In this document: positions 24,900-38,975 of the stretch, piece after piece
How the letters are laid out: every line of letters starts with the position of its first letter
Position numbering within the stretch: the stretch's first letter is position 1
Assembly (NCBI RefSeq): GCF_018977255.1
Contig: NW_024704743.1
Location: 39,000,001 to 39,064,000 of the forward strand
Length of the DNA stretch: 64,000 nucleotides
From: Callorhinchus milii
Lineage: Eukaryota
Reading direction: 5' to 3'
Notes under the pieces: model-generated
What the model saw: the letters and a program-made list of their open reading frames with translations, nothing else
What the model was told of the DNA's origin: nothing
Database searches by the model: none
Translations under genes and position numbers: made by a program

Positions 24900-27800
24900 A
24901 CAAACTGCATAAACAGTTTTCTGCAAGAAATCTCCTGTATCTCAAACTTTGACTTTTGACTGCTTGTTCTTGAAGCTGAAGACTTATGATTCAGTTTGAC
25001 GCACATACAAGGGATTCCCTGGAGAAAGCGCAGTGCCCATTGCAGATGCTATTTTGCCGCTAACTAAGTACTTGTCCAACCCCACAGGCGGCTTTTCTTT
25101 TTCCAGCGTTAGAAGTTTGCCACTAAATATCTAATATAAATTTATTAAAAATTAACCATTCAATGATTTTGCAGATCGATTAGAAAAAAACTTATTTCTG
25201 CAAAACTAGTTTTTAGCCAATGATGCCACAAATACAGGCATTTTTGGTTTTCAGTTCACTGAAGTGTTTCGTTCTGCTGTTTGTATTATATCCATCAGGT
25301 CTTAAAAGAAGCAAATTCAAAGCAAAATAATTCTCCACAAGCAAATTGCTTCAATGTGGCAAATTCCTTTACGTCTACAAAAACCCTTCGCTGGATTATC
25401 TCCATCGAAGGACGGATGACAAGCCGTCGTCATGGGAATGGAGCTATGTGTACCTCGCGGCCACTATATGATATGTTCGATGTAAAACCGCTTTTAACAT
25501 GTTCTCCCAAACAACTTCAGGTTGCTGGGAAACCAGGGGTCAGACAACACTCAAAGGCCAGAATATTCCCATCCCCTGGCAAACCCATTGTGATAAAAGA
25601 GTAAAGGAAAAAGGAGCGCTGAGCCACCCTCTGAAATACCAGCTCAAGGTACTCGCAACACACTGTTCATTTGCACAACGCAAGAGTATTGAAATCAGTC
25701 CAGCTTTTGCTGCTGACCCAGACTCATCAATCAAAAAAATAGCTTGACCTTGTATCGTAATTGAAACAAGATTATGCCAGATTTAGAATATTTAATAATG
25801 TGGGTGTTTATTAATTTGGGTGTTTATTAAATGGTAAAGAATGATAACGGTAGATATATTAATAATAATACTTACATTTGACAGCTTTCACGACAGGAGG
25901 ACAACTCAAAGATCTCACAGGATTTACAATAGGATGCTATGTGCTGGTCTGTAATATTAATGTATGTGCTGGAACTTTTTTAAATCTGAATTTTGTATGT
26001 CTTTGTCACATCTTGTTACACTGGACTATGATACTTGTCTCAAGAGATAAAGTAGAGGTGGATGATGTCCATGATAAGGTAAAATAGCAGACATGATTAC
26101 TCAAATGGCCTTTTCTTGCTCTGTGCATAGACGACAATCTCAATCAACAGGACATAGCAACACCGAAATCATTGTGCTTTAGGAACTTAATAATCCCTAT
26201 AAATAATGTTCTCCTTCTGTGCAATCTATGTTAGTAGAGGGCATTGGACAGTGACTAGATTATGAGTTTATGGATAGAGAAGCGGTGTCTGTGTGTGATG
26301 GGGGGTGGGGTAGAAGTCTGTGTGTGTGTGTGTGTCTGTGTGTGATGTGTGTGAGGAGGAGGTGGGGTGGCGGGGGGGTGGGGGGTAGAGAAGTCTAGCA
26401 CTGTGGGGGAGAGAGAGAGAAAGAAAGGCTGGCATTGTGTGATACTTTGATGACAATATGACTCCAAGTGGAAGATGTTTTGGATTAATATAGTCCACTG
26501 CATTCTGCACCGCAACAATATTGTAATTCATCATCAAATACATATCTCGGCGCGATCCTTCTGGGGATACAAATAAGCAACAAAGTGCTCGAGAATCCAA
26601 AATGTTTAACCTGAGTAACAGCAGAAATGCAACACTTTCATTCCAGACATTATTATTATTATCAAGCTACGTAAAGTGGTAGATTTCACCCGTGTCCAGC
26701 GGGCAAAACAAGCTAGAAAAAAACAATTATTTTCAAACTCAGTTGGGTTATATTTAAGCCTTAACATTACCTCACAATGCAGGAGAACAGACGTACCTTA
26801 ATATTCGTGCTATTTTGGAGTCTGTGGAGAGAGTGATACTGAAGATTTACAATCAAAAATCTTTCAGGAGCTGGTATTCCAACTGCTTCCTGCAGTCTCT
26901 CGGCTGTTAACTTTGTTATGTCATTTTGTCCGCTACTGAAATCAAATTGTGTCCACCGTGGATTGGCTCGACGATAACCACAGTGAACACTTCTAACAGG
27001 CTGAAATCAGGGTCCAGTCTCTCAAGCTTCATAATGTGAATTTGAACGTGTATTTTCAAGTGCCAAAGGTTTGCATCAAAAACTATCCAGACACTGTAAC
27101 AGGAACTCCTTTCAAACAACACAAATTGCATTTAAATAGCCTTCCACGCCTTTCCAGCACTTATGTGAAAACAAGACCTGAGCACATTTTGCAGTGAATA
27201 CAATGTTTTACAGTGAGCACAATGTTTTGCACTGAGCTGTGTGCACGCACGTCCTCACTCAAACACACACTATGAATGGATTCTTCTGCTATGTCGTATT
27301 TCAGTTTCCATTGATGCCATTGTCAAGGTCATGCATAACTTTCTTTAGTTTCTAAGGCAACAAAGCCAAGAGAATTTTAATTTGAGTGATCATTAGCATT
27401 TCGGAGGTCTGGAAATTCAACTGAAATTTGGGACCTGGACCAATCTCGACTCCACTAAATTGTTTGTTTCTGGCAGCAGCTTTGGTCTTTTGCCCACTGG
27501 ACTGGGAAATGGGAAACTCACTGTTCTTGGCAATAGTTTCACAATATTTCATTGTACATGCACATACTTTAGAAATGGATTTTCCAGAGAGAATCTAATA
27601 AATAATGACAGGAGATGGGGGTGGAATTAAAGCCAAGAGCAAAATTGCATGATACGCGTCAAATCTCCCAGTCTCCGCTGCATTTTTTTTCATTTTTTCA
27701 TTAGCAGTAATTATAAAAATATATTTCTGAAGTATGTGTAATGCATCTGATATCAGTGGGTCACATACAAAAGGTTACGTAAATTGGCATATGTACAGAA

Positions 27801-29571
27801 CGGCCCGCATGCATTTGCTGTGGAGGCATCATAGTCCAAACGACTATACCCTAGTGGGTAGCATGTCCTCCTGGACAAGGAATGGGAAGCTTGCCAGACA
27901 GTTCTCTGAATGAGTTTTGCCAACAAAATACACAGCCAATTCACTTAACGATATATCCTGTAAAGCGCTTTGAGACGACTCCACGACGTGATAAGGCGCT
28001 ATGTCAAATGCAAGGATTATTATTAATGTAAGCTATGTAGATTTAGCTGGCAGTAAACTTTTAAACATTATTAAATATGCAAGTAAAATTTTACATTTCA
28101 AAATGTTATACTCCAGCATGACCCCCAACTCACACTCTGGGGTCTCCACTGAGATAGTTTGCATTCCATTCCAGACACAGAGAATATTTTAGACCCATGT
28201 ACATGTTTGGATTGGTTTCTGTATGTGTCAGACACCAAACTTACAAAAAAGTAATACTGATTCAACTTGCAGTGACCTACACATTTGAGCCTCTCCTTCT
28301 TCACTATGTTACTCTTTACTAGTGTAAAACCTGATCAGTTCTAACCAGAGAGAAATCATCTATGAGAAAGTGGAAGACAATACAATTCCAGCTGCAAGGG
28401 CTCAGTTACATATATTTTTTTGGAAACTTCATTAATTCACCATATCCAGAGGTTTAGCAGTAATTGCATGTCGGTTCCAACCAGGTCTTTCACTGGTACT
28501 TTTAATCTTTGTTCACTCAGCTCTGTGCACTGCCCAATAATTCCTCTGAATGCAGTTGCTGGAAGCACCCAGTGAAAGATTCATTCATCAACTGGCACAT
28601 AAATTAGTTGCAGCGACAATGGTATTGTTTGCTGGTGTCGCATCACAGTAAAAGAGTGTTAATAGCGGGCCTGGAGCCCAAACCTTTTGAAACCCATAAA
28701 CTGTTCTGCTGGACTCATTTTGTAAGTTTTTTAAAAAAAATAATAGGTCAAGAAAATTATTGATTTACTGACCGAAAACAAATACAAATATATTTTGTTT
28801 CAAGCGTTCCTGTAAAACTGTTCCAACCACAGAATTTTTTTGTGTGGCCAGCATCTTAGTAAAAGGGATTTTGGTTCCAATCATTGAAAAGTACTCATTG
28901 TGTATCCTGTACATCAAGCACCAATCAATGAATAACAGCTGCATAATCTATGTGCAGTATGATCAGACTTATCACTCTATTACAATGTCAGGAACATGAG
29001 TGGTAAAGAAGGTAGTATCTGTACTGATACTGGAGAAAACCCATCGTAAACTGGGAACGCCCCAGTGGGAAGAACACCTGAGCTTCTCAGCATCGTAGAT
29101 TACTGCTTCCTGACTCAGTGTAGCAGGGAGTCCACAAGGTGCAGTTTTCCCCTCGACTCTGTTCTTGCTAGTGATTCAGACACTATTCAGGAAGCGCAAG
29201 TCGTTGAACCACTATGCAATAAGAGATAACAACCAACAACCTTTGACTTGGGAACACGGCAAGCACACAACCAAACTCCACTATACAACTTTAGACAAAC
29301 AAACTGCAGGGTATGTCCACTGGTGCTAATTATCTCACACACATACATCTATCTGTCTCTTGCCCAAAAGTCCACTATTTGGCAAGTAATCTTTTTCATA
29401 CACAAAATACTTGTTTTTTTTAATTCAACGATTAGCATCTTGCTTTTAACAAAAAATATCCATCCCTGAGAATGTATCAAACAGGTCGTTGAAAAGAGTG
29501 AAAGAAAAGCTGGGTGTAGTGCACACACACTAGAGCTGCAACAACTGTCTAGATGGCAATTGTTAACTCAC

Positions 29572-29652
29572 CTTCTGCATGTTGGGTTTGATACAGCGGA
29601 CAAAGAATGGATTTGATGAGCTTAACGTTGCCATGAGGGAATGGAGGGAGTT
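29572..29652 (-). CDS. MYO10: MYO10 exon 19 (NSLHSLMATLSSSNPFFVRCIKPNMQK)
   Basis: 81 nt; CAG| ... |GTGAG; phase 0-0. Confidence 0.95.
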
Positions 29653-32600
29653 CTGAAAGTTGAGGAAAATAAATAAAACATAAATAAAACCTGGTTATGG
29701 CTTTCATAACTGATGAACCAGTGAATGTGTGCGGTGAAATAATGTCTGTGCTAAAACATAAATACTTGCTATATATTTCGTTAAAAAAAGCTTTCTGTGA
29801 ACTTAAGTTGCATCACAAATCTGTGTCACCATCTCCCACCACAGGGTACTGAATTATTTTAAATACTCAACAGATAATAGCTTAAAGTTAAAGTGCAACA
29901 GATATGATACCCACATAGTAAAAATATAAACAGCTTGTGTGGTTAGAAACTGTATTAACTTCACATATCGTGGCTTATTTCATTCTGAGAGTAGAATAAT
30001 TCAGAACCAGTTGAAGCTTACACCTGGATCTCTTGCGATTGAAAAAAACTATTTCCACCCATGCAGCAATTTCACATTTGCTGCAAAGTGACAGTAGAAA
30101 TCGATGACTGGCCCAATAGGGAGTTATTTACTCAAAATGAGTTTCAGTGCTATCAACTTTTGCGACATTTTTGTTTGGAGCTGTGAAACAGGAAGGAATT
30201 GATTTTAGGCAACTATAATCTTCCCGATGTGAATGCTCTACAGGTTAAAACTCAAATTTTTAGAGTTCCATGTAAACCCTGAGGGATCGTATTTAGTTCA
30301 GACCGCTGTAATCCACAATGAATGTGATCTCACTGTGATGGAAAGTGCTGACACATGAGATATTTTTATTCAGTAGCTCACAACCCAAGGCTATTTTGGA
30401 GTGTCGGTGATAAAATAAGACTGACCTTTCCACAAAGTTTTTAACTTTGGAAAAGATGAGAGATCGGAAAGATTGATTTTTTAAAAAAAAATTCATATAT
30501 TTTGCTATGAAATGAAATGCTGTGCCAAAGGGTCCAACCTTTGAAAGATGATATCCAGAACCTTTAAAATGTCTTAATACAACCTCATCTGTCATTTAAG
30601 TTATGAAAACAGGCAAAAAATGATTACATTTCTGGCAATTTTTAATAAATAAATAATCCTTGCATTTGGTATAGCGCTTTTCACATTTTCTAGACATCGT
30701 CACAGAATATACTGTAAAGTGATTTGACTGTGTATTTGTGTGTGAAACAACTAAATGTCTAAAAACTATTGAATTGGAAGAAACTTAGGCCTTTTATTTA
30801 ATTTCCTCTCTGCCCTCCTCCTGATGGTGGTGACTCAAGCTGGTTTAATGCTCTACAGTTACTGTAAGCGGCTGGTACCAGAACAGCAACAAACCAACAC
30901 TATATGTCCATTACATGGATGTCTGGCCACAAATACTAACACCAAGTGACTGTCTTGCAATCATTCACTGAACGTCCAGTGTTATGGGTCTCACGCTGTG
31001 CTCCTCAGACTGTTCAAGCTATGCCATTGTTATTGGCCAGATAAAGTTTACTTTGTTAGATTTCTGATGCACTGAAAGTTTCCATTGATTTGTTTTTAAA
31101 AAAGTGTCAAATGTTAAAATAATACAGTTGTAAAGAGGTTTGAGACTGCTCCAGCCTCGCCAAAAGTTGAATGTGGCCTGAAATGACAGTGCAGCCTCCA
31201 GTAAAAAAAGGCCTGACCTACGATTGGGCCTTTTAAGTTCATCTTATGATTTCCTTTATTTTCTCCTCTTCTCCTGAATGTACGTTTACCTGGCACAGTG
31301 GTAGCACTCTCGCCTCTGATTCACAAGGATGTGGGTTCAAGCCCCACGTCAACACTCAGAATTACATAGTCGAAGCTGACACTCTAATGCAGTGCTGGGG
31401 ATGTATTGCACTGTTTGAGATGCCAGCCTTTGGATGAGCCGTTAAACCGAAATCCCTACTGCCTGTTCAGGTGTACGTTAAAGATCCCATGGCACTATTC
31501 TCGTTCCTGGCCAATGAATCCTCCAAATACATTTGGCCTCTCACTCCATGGCTGTTGGTAGGACATTACTGTGCACAAGCTGGCTGCTGAAATTTGATTA
31601 CACATACAGTCAAGTCACTTTATACAACGTGATAAGGCGCTATGCTAAATGCTAGGATTTTTATTAATAAGACATGACATGAAAAATTATTGCTTCTGTT
31701 GCTTCCAAACAAACTCTCTTCCAGCTGTGAAATAAGTAGATTGGTGGGAAACCTTTCCACAGCTGGTCACCAGTTCATGCCCAGCTCCTCAATGGTATGA
31801 CTAGCAGGTGGAGCACTTCCACAAAGTGAATGATAAATGAAGTGCTCTCGCTCCCTGCAGTGAGGAGCTCCACCAGATACCCTACAGGAACTATGGAGGA
31901 AAAACCTCCCACAGCAGATTCTGAAAAGAATTGGGAGTTTCTCTCAAAGTCCTGGCTAACCATCCTGAAGATTAATGGATCATTCATCACATGGAGGTTT
32001 ATTGAACCTTGCCGTGTGCACAATGGCTGTGGTGTTTGCCAACAAAATCATAGTATGGATACTGATCAGGAAGGTCTTGGGTTTCATCCTTGGTCCAAGC
32101 TGGGCTTAATATAATAGTCCTCAATGCCCCTGGGTCATATGAAAAGAGTAATTTAAAAATAATCAGTCAGGGTTCCCACCCCTGATTGTGCTCGCCGACC
32201 CTTGCTGTCTGCAAAGGACTGGGTTGAACCGCGATGCCATCTCGTCTATAAAAGTAGCAAGACTGTGAGGTCCGCTAAAACTAGTGATCTGTTTGCTCAT
32301 GCATGTTCTATAATGAAAACAATAATAGAACCCTTTGTGTCTAAGGCTCACAACTGAAGAATGGTCACTTGGGTGAAGTTTTAGGATGATGAACTTCTGT
32401 AAACTGGATACTAGGATAGTGGACAGAACTTCCAAGATCTAATATTAACATGGGCAACTAGAGTTATAAAATCTTCCAGGTATATATAAATCTTTTTATT
32501 TAAGAACAATTACATCTTTTGACAATGTGATAAGGTGCAATATCAAACACAAGTAGAACCGGTGTTTCAAGTGTACGATTTTACTCAGAAAGTCTTGGAT

Positions 32601-33027
32601 CAGAATACCAGCATCACCACCTTGTTTACCTTGTGGCATCAATGTGTATAATGCAATCTGGTTGAAATCTCACTCCACCTGTGGAGTTTTCCCACCAGGC
32701 ACAGTTTCTGTCTCAATGTCTTGTGCACAGAGAGAAACCACAGCCAGAAAAAAAATTATAGTTCTGCTATTTTAACAGAACCGTGCATGTGTTTGGCATG
32801 AGCACAAAAATAGTTTTTTTGATGGTAAGAGGTTTCTGACTCACTCAGCTGACACTTGTACACAACCCTTCTTAAGATATGGAATGTTTGTTTATATTTA
32901 ATGTGCATGAACTAGTGAATATGAGAGCGTGGCAGGCACTATTATTGTACCGAGCTCTGACTGGTATCTAAAACAAGAAGTCAGGAATCAACCCTAGCTC
33001 AGCCCAATCAATAATAAAGAGACTGAC

Positions 33028-33136
33028 CTTGAACTGAGAGCTCACAGTTGGCTTCCGACGCTTCGTTCCAGATTTTAGCGTGTCTTGGTTGTTCCTGCTC
33101 GATGTATACTCAAACAGGTCATAGATGAAATCAAGC
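33028..33136 (-). CDS. MYO10: MYO10 exon 18 (LDFIYDLFEYTSSRNNQDTLKSGTKRRKPTVSSQFK)
   Basis: 109 nt; CAG| ... |GTCAG; phase 2-0. Confidence 0.95.
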
Positions 33137-34019
33137 CTGAAATCAGGGGAATACAATGAAATACCAATGACAGTAACAGTTTGCTTTAATCAGTGCACAG
33201 TGTTACAATGACCAATAACATTGTGCTTCAGTCAGTACACACAGACTCTGCTAATTTAACCCCTTGTTTGATCCTAATTTTACTTATATTTTATTGCTAC
33301 CTCTTTTAAGTTTGCCTACACAGTGCATCATTTGTGACCAAGTGTAGTCTGTGATCTGCTCCTAGGTCTCTGCAAATACAGATCCTCAGCCAAGGTGGAC
33401 TGTGGACATTCCATCCGACGCCTTTCCCTCTTTGCCACCTCCTCTGGGGAGGAGAGAAAGAAAGAGAAAGGGGAAGAGCACTACACTCCATTATGTACCT
33501 TGCCTAGATGACCTGAATGAGATCAGGGAATTGCTGTTTGTAATCAGTGCAGTCATGAATCAGTGTTTGTTATTTTTGCACCACGCATGTTAACTGTGCT
33601 AATGTGCTGTTATTCTTCAATTTGTAGTATTCAATTTGTGATACTCTATATTTGCAAATTAGATTTGTTGTGATAACCTTGACTTCCAACTAAGAAATCT
33701 TAAGATTGCCAATGGATCACAAATCCCAGAGTTAGTAAAACCTTAGAAAAGGACAGGGAGCAAAACATTAAGAAACAAGGTCAGCCTTAGTCTTGCTTTG
33801 TGGATGACTGAATAATGCTAACCGTATAAATCTGCTTAGAGTAATACAACATGGAAACAAACCATTTGGCCCAACTAGTCTGTGCTGGTGTTAATAATCC
33901 ACACGAGCTCCGACCCTTCCTATTCCCCTCACCTGTACCCCTCTATTCCCTTCTCCCTCATGTATGTGTCAAGTTTTCGCTTAAATACATTGATGATTTT
34001 GCTTCAGGCAGTGAGTTGA

Positions 34020-34430
34020 AGATGGGGAAGGAGGGGGTGAGGCGAAGCGGTTGAGGGAGGGAGTTCTAAAGTTTTGGGGTGGAGTGGCTGAAGGCACGGC
34101 CGCCGATGGTGGAGCGGAGGATTCGGGGGACACGGAGGAGGTCGGACCCAGTAGAGCGGAGGCAGCGAGTACCGCTGTGGGGAGAGAGGAGGTTAGAGAG
34201 ATAGGGGGGTGCCAAGGAATGGAGGGATTGAAACATTAGAGTGAGGATCTTGAAGTCGATCCGCTCTGTGACAGGGAGCCAGTGGAGTTTGGCAAGGACT
34301 GGGGTAATCGGAGTGCGGAGTTTGGTGCGGGTGAGAATGCAGGCGGCAAAGTTTTAAATCAGCTGAATTTTGTAAATAGGGGAGATCGACGAGGAGGGTG
34401 TTAGAGTAGTCCAGCTGAGAATTGACAAAG
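34020..34430 (-). mobile_element. L2 LINE 3' fragment
   Basis: Translates FVNSQLDYSNTLLVDLP (L2 SRLDY.N.LL.GLP motif), followed by decayed ORF2 C-terminal sequence. Confidence 0.8.
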
Positions 34431-35270
34431 GGACCCACAAGCCATGAAATAAACATGGAGTTTATTAACGCAACAATCTATTCTTTAGAGAAGCATTTAA
34501 GTTCTTGATTAGTGTGAAATTCTCGGCACTCTTAACTGCTACATAAATAGAGTAAATCTAGACAGAGGAATTCCTCTTCACATATTCCTTCAGCTGTCAC
34601 AAGCTCTGCTTTGCCTCACACTATCAGATCATTTTATGATCTGAATCTGAAACAGATTCACAGTTGGCAGAATTAAAAGTAAAATTGTCTTTAGGTTAAG
34701 GTGAAGTCGTAGCTGGGATTCAATAGGGAAGTATTGTGTGCAGCAATCTTTGAGAGGCAGATTTTTACAGCAACTGCAATGATTTTAAACTTTAATTTAC
34801 TGGCGATGGATTGTTCAGAACCCCTCTCTGGCTTTGACATGATAGTTTGGGCCCGAAGAACTCCACATTCACAAATGCTTAAAACAGTACATTTAAGCTG
34901 TTAAATAGGAGACTGACTTAACTGTACTAGATTAGTATCTTGATTAGTAGCATTTAGTTGCTGCCTCTCGGCTCACAAGAAAGTATTTTTATCCTGCTAC
35001 CGCTAGGTACAAATCCAAGTTGGCTAAAACTCTGAAAAGAAAATTTGGTGCAAAGCATTGTACTTAACAGTTCGGACCTGAAACCAGTCGCCAATTATTG
35101 ACTGATTATCAGATCAGCTATCATGTGAAACTATAATTATCATATCGAATTTGTCGCATCATGTTGCATCTTCTTTCCTATATGTGCAGCATATTTTCAC
35201 ACGGATGTCTAAAAACTACACAGCTCCAAAGGTAAATGCTAAATCCCTTCCATACGAACGGCGTGCTTAC

Positions 35271-35353
35271 CTGCTTTCACGTAACAAGTTCAGCACATCA
35301 TCCCGGAATGTGTCCCTATTCTTCTCTAGAATCCCCTTCACATGATACAACAC
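35271..35353 (-). CDS. MYO10: MYO10 exon 17 (VLYHVKGILEKNRDTFRDDVLNLLRESR)
   Basis: 83 nt; AAG| ... |GTAAG; phase 0-2. Confidence 0.94.
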
Positions 35354-35643
35354 CTTAGAAATGGAAAAGCCAATTTGTTACTACTGTTTATAAGAGTTAG
35401 AAGAAGACTTTGGGCAAAACAAAGCGATCAAAAAGACCTGTAAAACCTCCAGCTCTTAGTTATTAGCAGTTACACTTAAGTTATAATTCACAAAGTCACA
35501 CCACTTTACAGAATGTTCTGTGAAGCGCTTTCGAGATGTCTCAATGATGTGAGAAGGTGCTATGTCAAATGCAAGGTTTATTATTAGTAAAACACTGTTA
35601 AAAACAATCTGGATGGAAATCAAAATAGATACAGAACAAATAC

Positions 35644-35712
35644 CTCTCCAGCGTAGTGTTTCACTCCAAAATAATGGTCAGTGACTCTTGGCTTCACATA
35701 AAAGGGATTGTT
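35644..35712 (-). CDS. MYO10: MYO10 exon 16 (NNPFYVKPRVTDHYFGVKHYAGE)
   Basis: 69 nt; CAG| ... |GTATT; phase 0-0. Confidence 0.94.
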
Positions 35713-36831
35713 CTGGGAAGAAGTGAAGACAGATCAAATTACTGACAGCACACAAACAAATAAAAACAGTTTGGGTTGATAGGTATTACCCTGTCAAATG
35801 CTTGCTTTGGGTTTATAGCTACAGACCCAGGAGTCACAGCAGAGGTTGTTTTGACCAAATGAAGCTTAATTAAAACCAAACCGCTGAACGTTGACCAGAA
35901 TGCAAGTAAGTTCTGTGACATGCCTGGATTCTACAAACCACACCTAAAAGAAGATGGAGTCAATCTCACCTTTTACAGAATGTGACATGTTTGTTATAAA
36001 TTTAGTCCATTTGTTTTGGAAGTTTAAAGCTCTGAAAAAAAAGACCTGCTGTCTTGTGCCAAGTACATCCTGTCTTCGGTAGCAACGTTTCAACAAATCA
36101 AATGACTTTTCATAGAATAATGTCTCAACCCACTTTATAGCAATTGCATGGATTATTGAGCAAGGTGGAAGAAGGGAGAAAAGGAGATAATGAGGATATT
36201 GACCAAAAACGTGGGCAAAGATTTTTAGGAGGATTTTAAAGGCAGGGGAAGAGAGCACTTAACACAACATATTTTGGGGCAAAGGAAAGCATCAATTTAA
36301 TCTCTCTAATGACAAGTCAATGCCAAGAAAGAAATATCTAACAATAAAAATAACTTGGGGCCTAATATAGAGTCTAACATTTTGTAAAGAAAAATCACAT
36401 GTTGATCTTTTAAAAATGAATGGCGCTCTTGAGGACCTGGGAAAAGAAGCAGCCACGAGCTTGGGAGGGATATGCTGCCACCTAGTGCCAATAGTTTACA
36501 CCAGCATTATCACAGAATTATACAGCACAGAAGGAGGCCATTCGGCCCATGGTGTCTGCGCCAGTTCTTTGAAAAGAGCTATTCAATTCAATCCCACTCC
36601 CCGCGCTCTCCCCATAGCAAACTTGTCCTCCCCAATAACTATGTATTGAATAAGCAAAACTACAAGTTTTCTAAAACACTGTCAAATACTGATTTAAAAC
36701 AAGGTTTCTGCGGTTGAGGAGCTGTATCTAGTTAATCAGACTGTAAAAAAAAATACACTTGATAATTATTGGATATATTTGGTGGTCAGTCAAATAGACA
36801 ACTTACATTTGTTGACAAATATATAACCTAC

Positions 36832-36924
36832 CAAATGTTGACTGTGTAATTTTTCTAGCAGAGTGCTGTCATTGCCTTTTGGAAAATGGCTTTCTTCATT
36901 AATGAGAGCTAGAATGCCCATTTT
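36832..36924 (-). CDS. MYO10: MYO10 exon 15 ([31 protein letters not shown])
   Basis: 93 nt; TAG| ... |GTAGG; phase 0-0. Confidence 0.94.
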
Positions 36925-37959
36925 CTAGAAATACAGGAGCAAATATTAGCACACATGAAAGCTACAGTATTCAGTTTTGAACATCAACATTTTTAGTTAT
37001 AAACATTCAAAGTTGACTGGCTTACATAAAACACCACCTTTTGCCGAAGCAAAGCTAAAATTATCATTCTAAACAGACTATGCCTCAGGAAAGTGATTAA
37101 AAGCCCAACATTCCTCATTTCTGTAGTTTTAAAACCATTGTCTTAAAATTTGTGACTGTGCAGAAATTTGGAAAAGTCTTAAATTCCATCTTAATTTGGT
37201 AGATGTTTGTTTCCATAGTTTCTTTTTGCGTGTTGTGAAGGATAAGATTTGGGGCTTCAGATATTAATAAAATCCAAAACAGTTCAAAAGGCTTTTTAAA
37301 TAAAAGTTCTGCTTTCAGGAGTTGGATTCTTATTCTGTAAATAGATCAAAGGCAGCAACTCACTCCTCATAAAAGTGTCCTGTAAAAGCTTTCCGAAAAA
37401 TCTGTGCATTGCAGTTTATTGAAAGAAGCTAAACAACTTGCAGACTTAATTAAACAAAGAATTAACCATTCTCCACTCAGTGAATGAAGCTTGTGATGTT
37501 ACCTTTGAATTTACCACAGCTTTTGAACCTACAAACAAAGAGTGATCACAGTGCTGTGAAACTTGAACTCATGTTTTTTTATTTATCATTAACCTGTTCC
37601 ATTTGATCCTCCTACACAAAACGTGTAGGTTACCAGTGCATGTACATTCTGCTTGTGCAAATTACTGTCACATTGGGCTTCTGTCCAAAATATTATTATG
37701 TTTTAATTTAGTTAAATATTTATGTAGCTGTGAAACCTATGAAAACCTATGAAAAGTGTAAGTATCCCATGTAATAGGTTGGATGCAAAATAAAACTTAA
37801 TGTCACAAAGGCTCCAGTCATTGAATCTGCTGAAGAACAACTGTGTTTCTGCACAATTAAATATAACCCTTTGAATCTCCACCTGAGCTCTGCACAAAGC
37901 ACATCTGGATGATCTACCCGAGGAATGTAAACAATAAAACTACAGGAGAGCAACATTAC

Positions 37960-38026
37960 CTTTTCAACAAGGTCCAAGCACTCTCCGTTGTCCATCCATT
38001 CAATGTCCTCCCACAGCAATCCCTCT
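37960..38026 (-). CDS. MYO10: MYO10 exon 14 (EGLLWEDIEWMDNGECLDLVEK)
   Basis: 67 nt; CAG| ... |GTAAT; phase 2-0. Confidence 0.94.
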
Positions 38027-38874
38027 CTGAATCAATAGAAGATACATTTTGATCAATTAGTTAAAACTGTACACATCTGCTCAACGTACTCAGGTTTGAC
38101 AAGGGAAAACAAGGTAAACCAATTGTCAATACTTCAACTGTGGAGAATTCAGGTACAGGGAAGCTGGCTATAAGGTGGTTGATACAGTAGGTTCCCCTCT
38201 CCCAGCTCAGCTGCTAGACAGTTCTGTAAAGTGTTTTGAGGCGGCCTTGCAAGGAACTATATAAATGTCAAGAGTACTGTATTGTTGGAATCCAGAAAAT
38301 TTTAATTCATGTTAGAAGTGAGGATGCTGTACAGTTGCAGTCAGCATTTTCAGGTTTGTGATGTTGCCAGTGATGACACTGAGGCACAGAAAGTCATTGG
38401 CAACTCTCCTAATGTACTGTACAAACTGCTCACAATATGCTTGCAGTGCAAAAACAAATCTGATAGGAATACTATCAAATCTGAAAGTAATATTCTCGCA
38501 GTAATATTTGATTCAGAGCACTGGAGCATCTAGGATGTAGTTTCAGGAATCCAAACAATGTTTTTTTACTGCAACCAGTAGTCAACATAAAGAGTTGAAC
38601 ATTTCTGCGGCAGTCCATAAATCTTTTGTGATATTAAAGAGACAATCGCCTGCCTAGCATTAAAACAATTTAACTCAGTTTTGCTTAGAAAGGCAAAGCT
38701 GTTTTCAGCCCCTATCCAATGTGATTTTGAACTCAGAAATATGAATTTTTTTTTCCAGTTCTAACCATTTTCTGCTGGAAGGGTGCACCCCAGTAAATAT
38801 CAATATCAAAGTATCAATGTTTACTCCTGGAGCCAAAGCTTTGTTTTAATATATCTCAACTGAAGACTCTTTAC

Positions 38875-38975
38875 CTGTTGTATTCCAGTTGTTCCAAGGA
38901 AAATATGTGCTTGTTGAAATATTCCTGAAGTTTTTCATTTGCATAGTTAATATTGAATTGTTCAAACCGATTTAC
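38875..38975 (-). CDS. MYO10: MYO10 exon 13 ([34 protein letters not shown]; relay helix)
   Basis: 101 nt; CAG| ... |GTAAA; phase 0-2. Confidence 0.95.

Noticed and set aside
26295..26420. G-rich/(GT)n/(GA)n tract as a functional G-quadruplex
   Set aside because: Simple low-complexity repeat; nothing in the sequence indicates function
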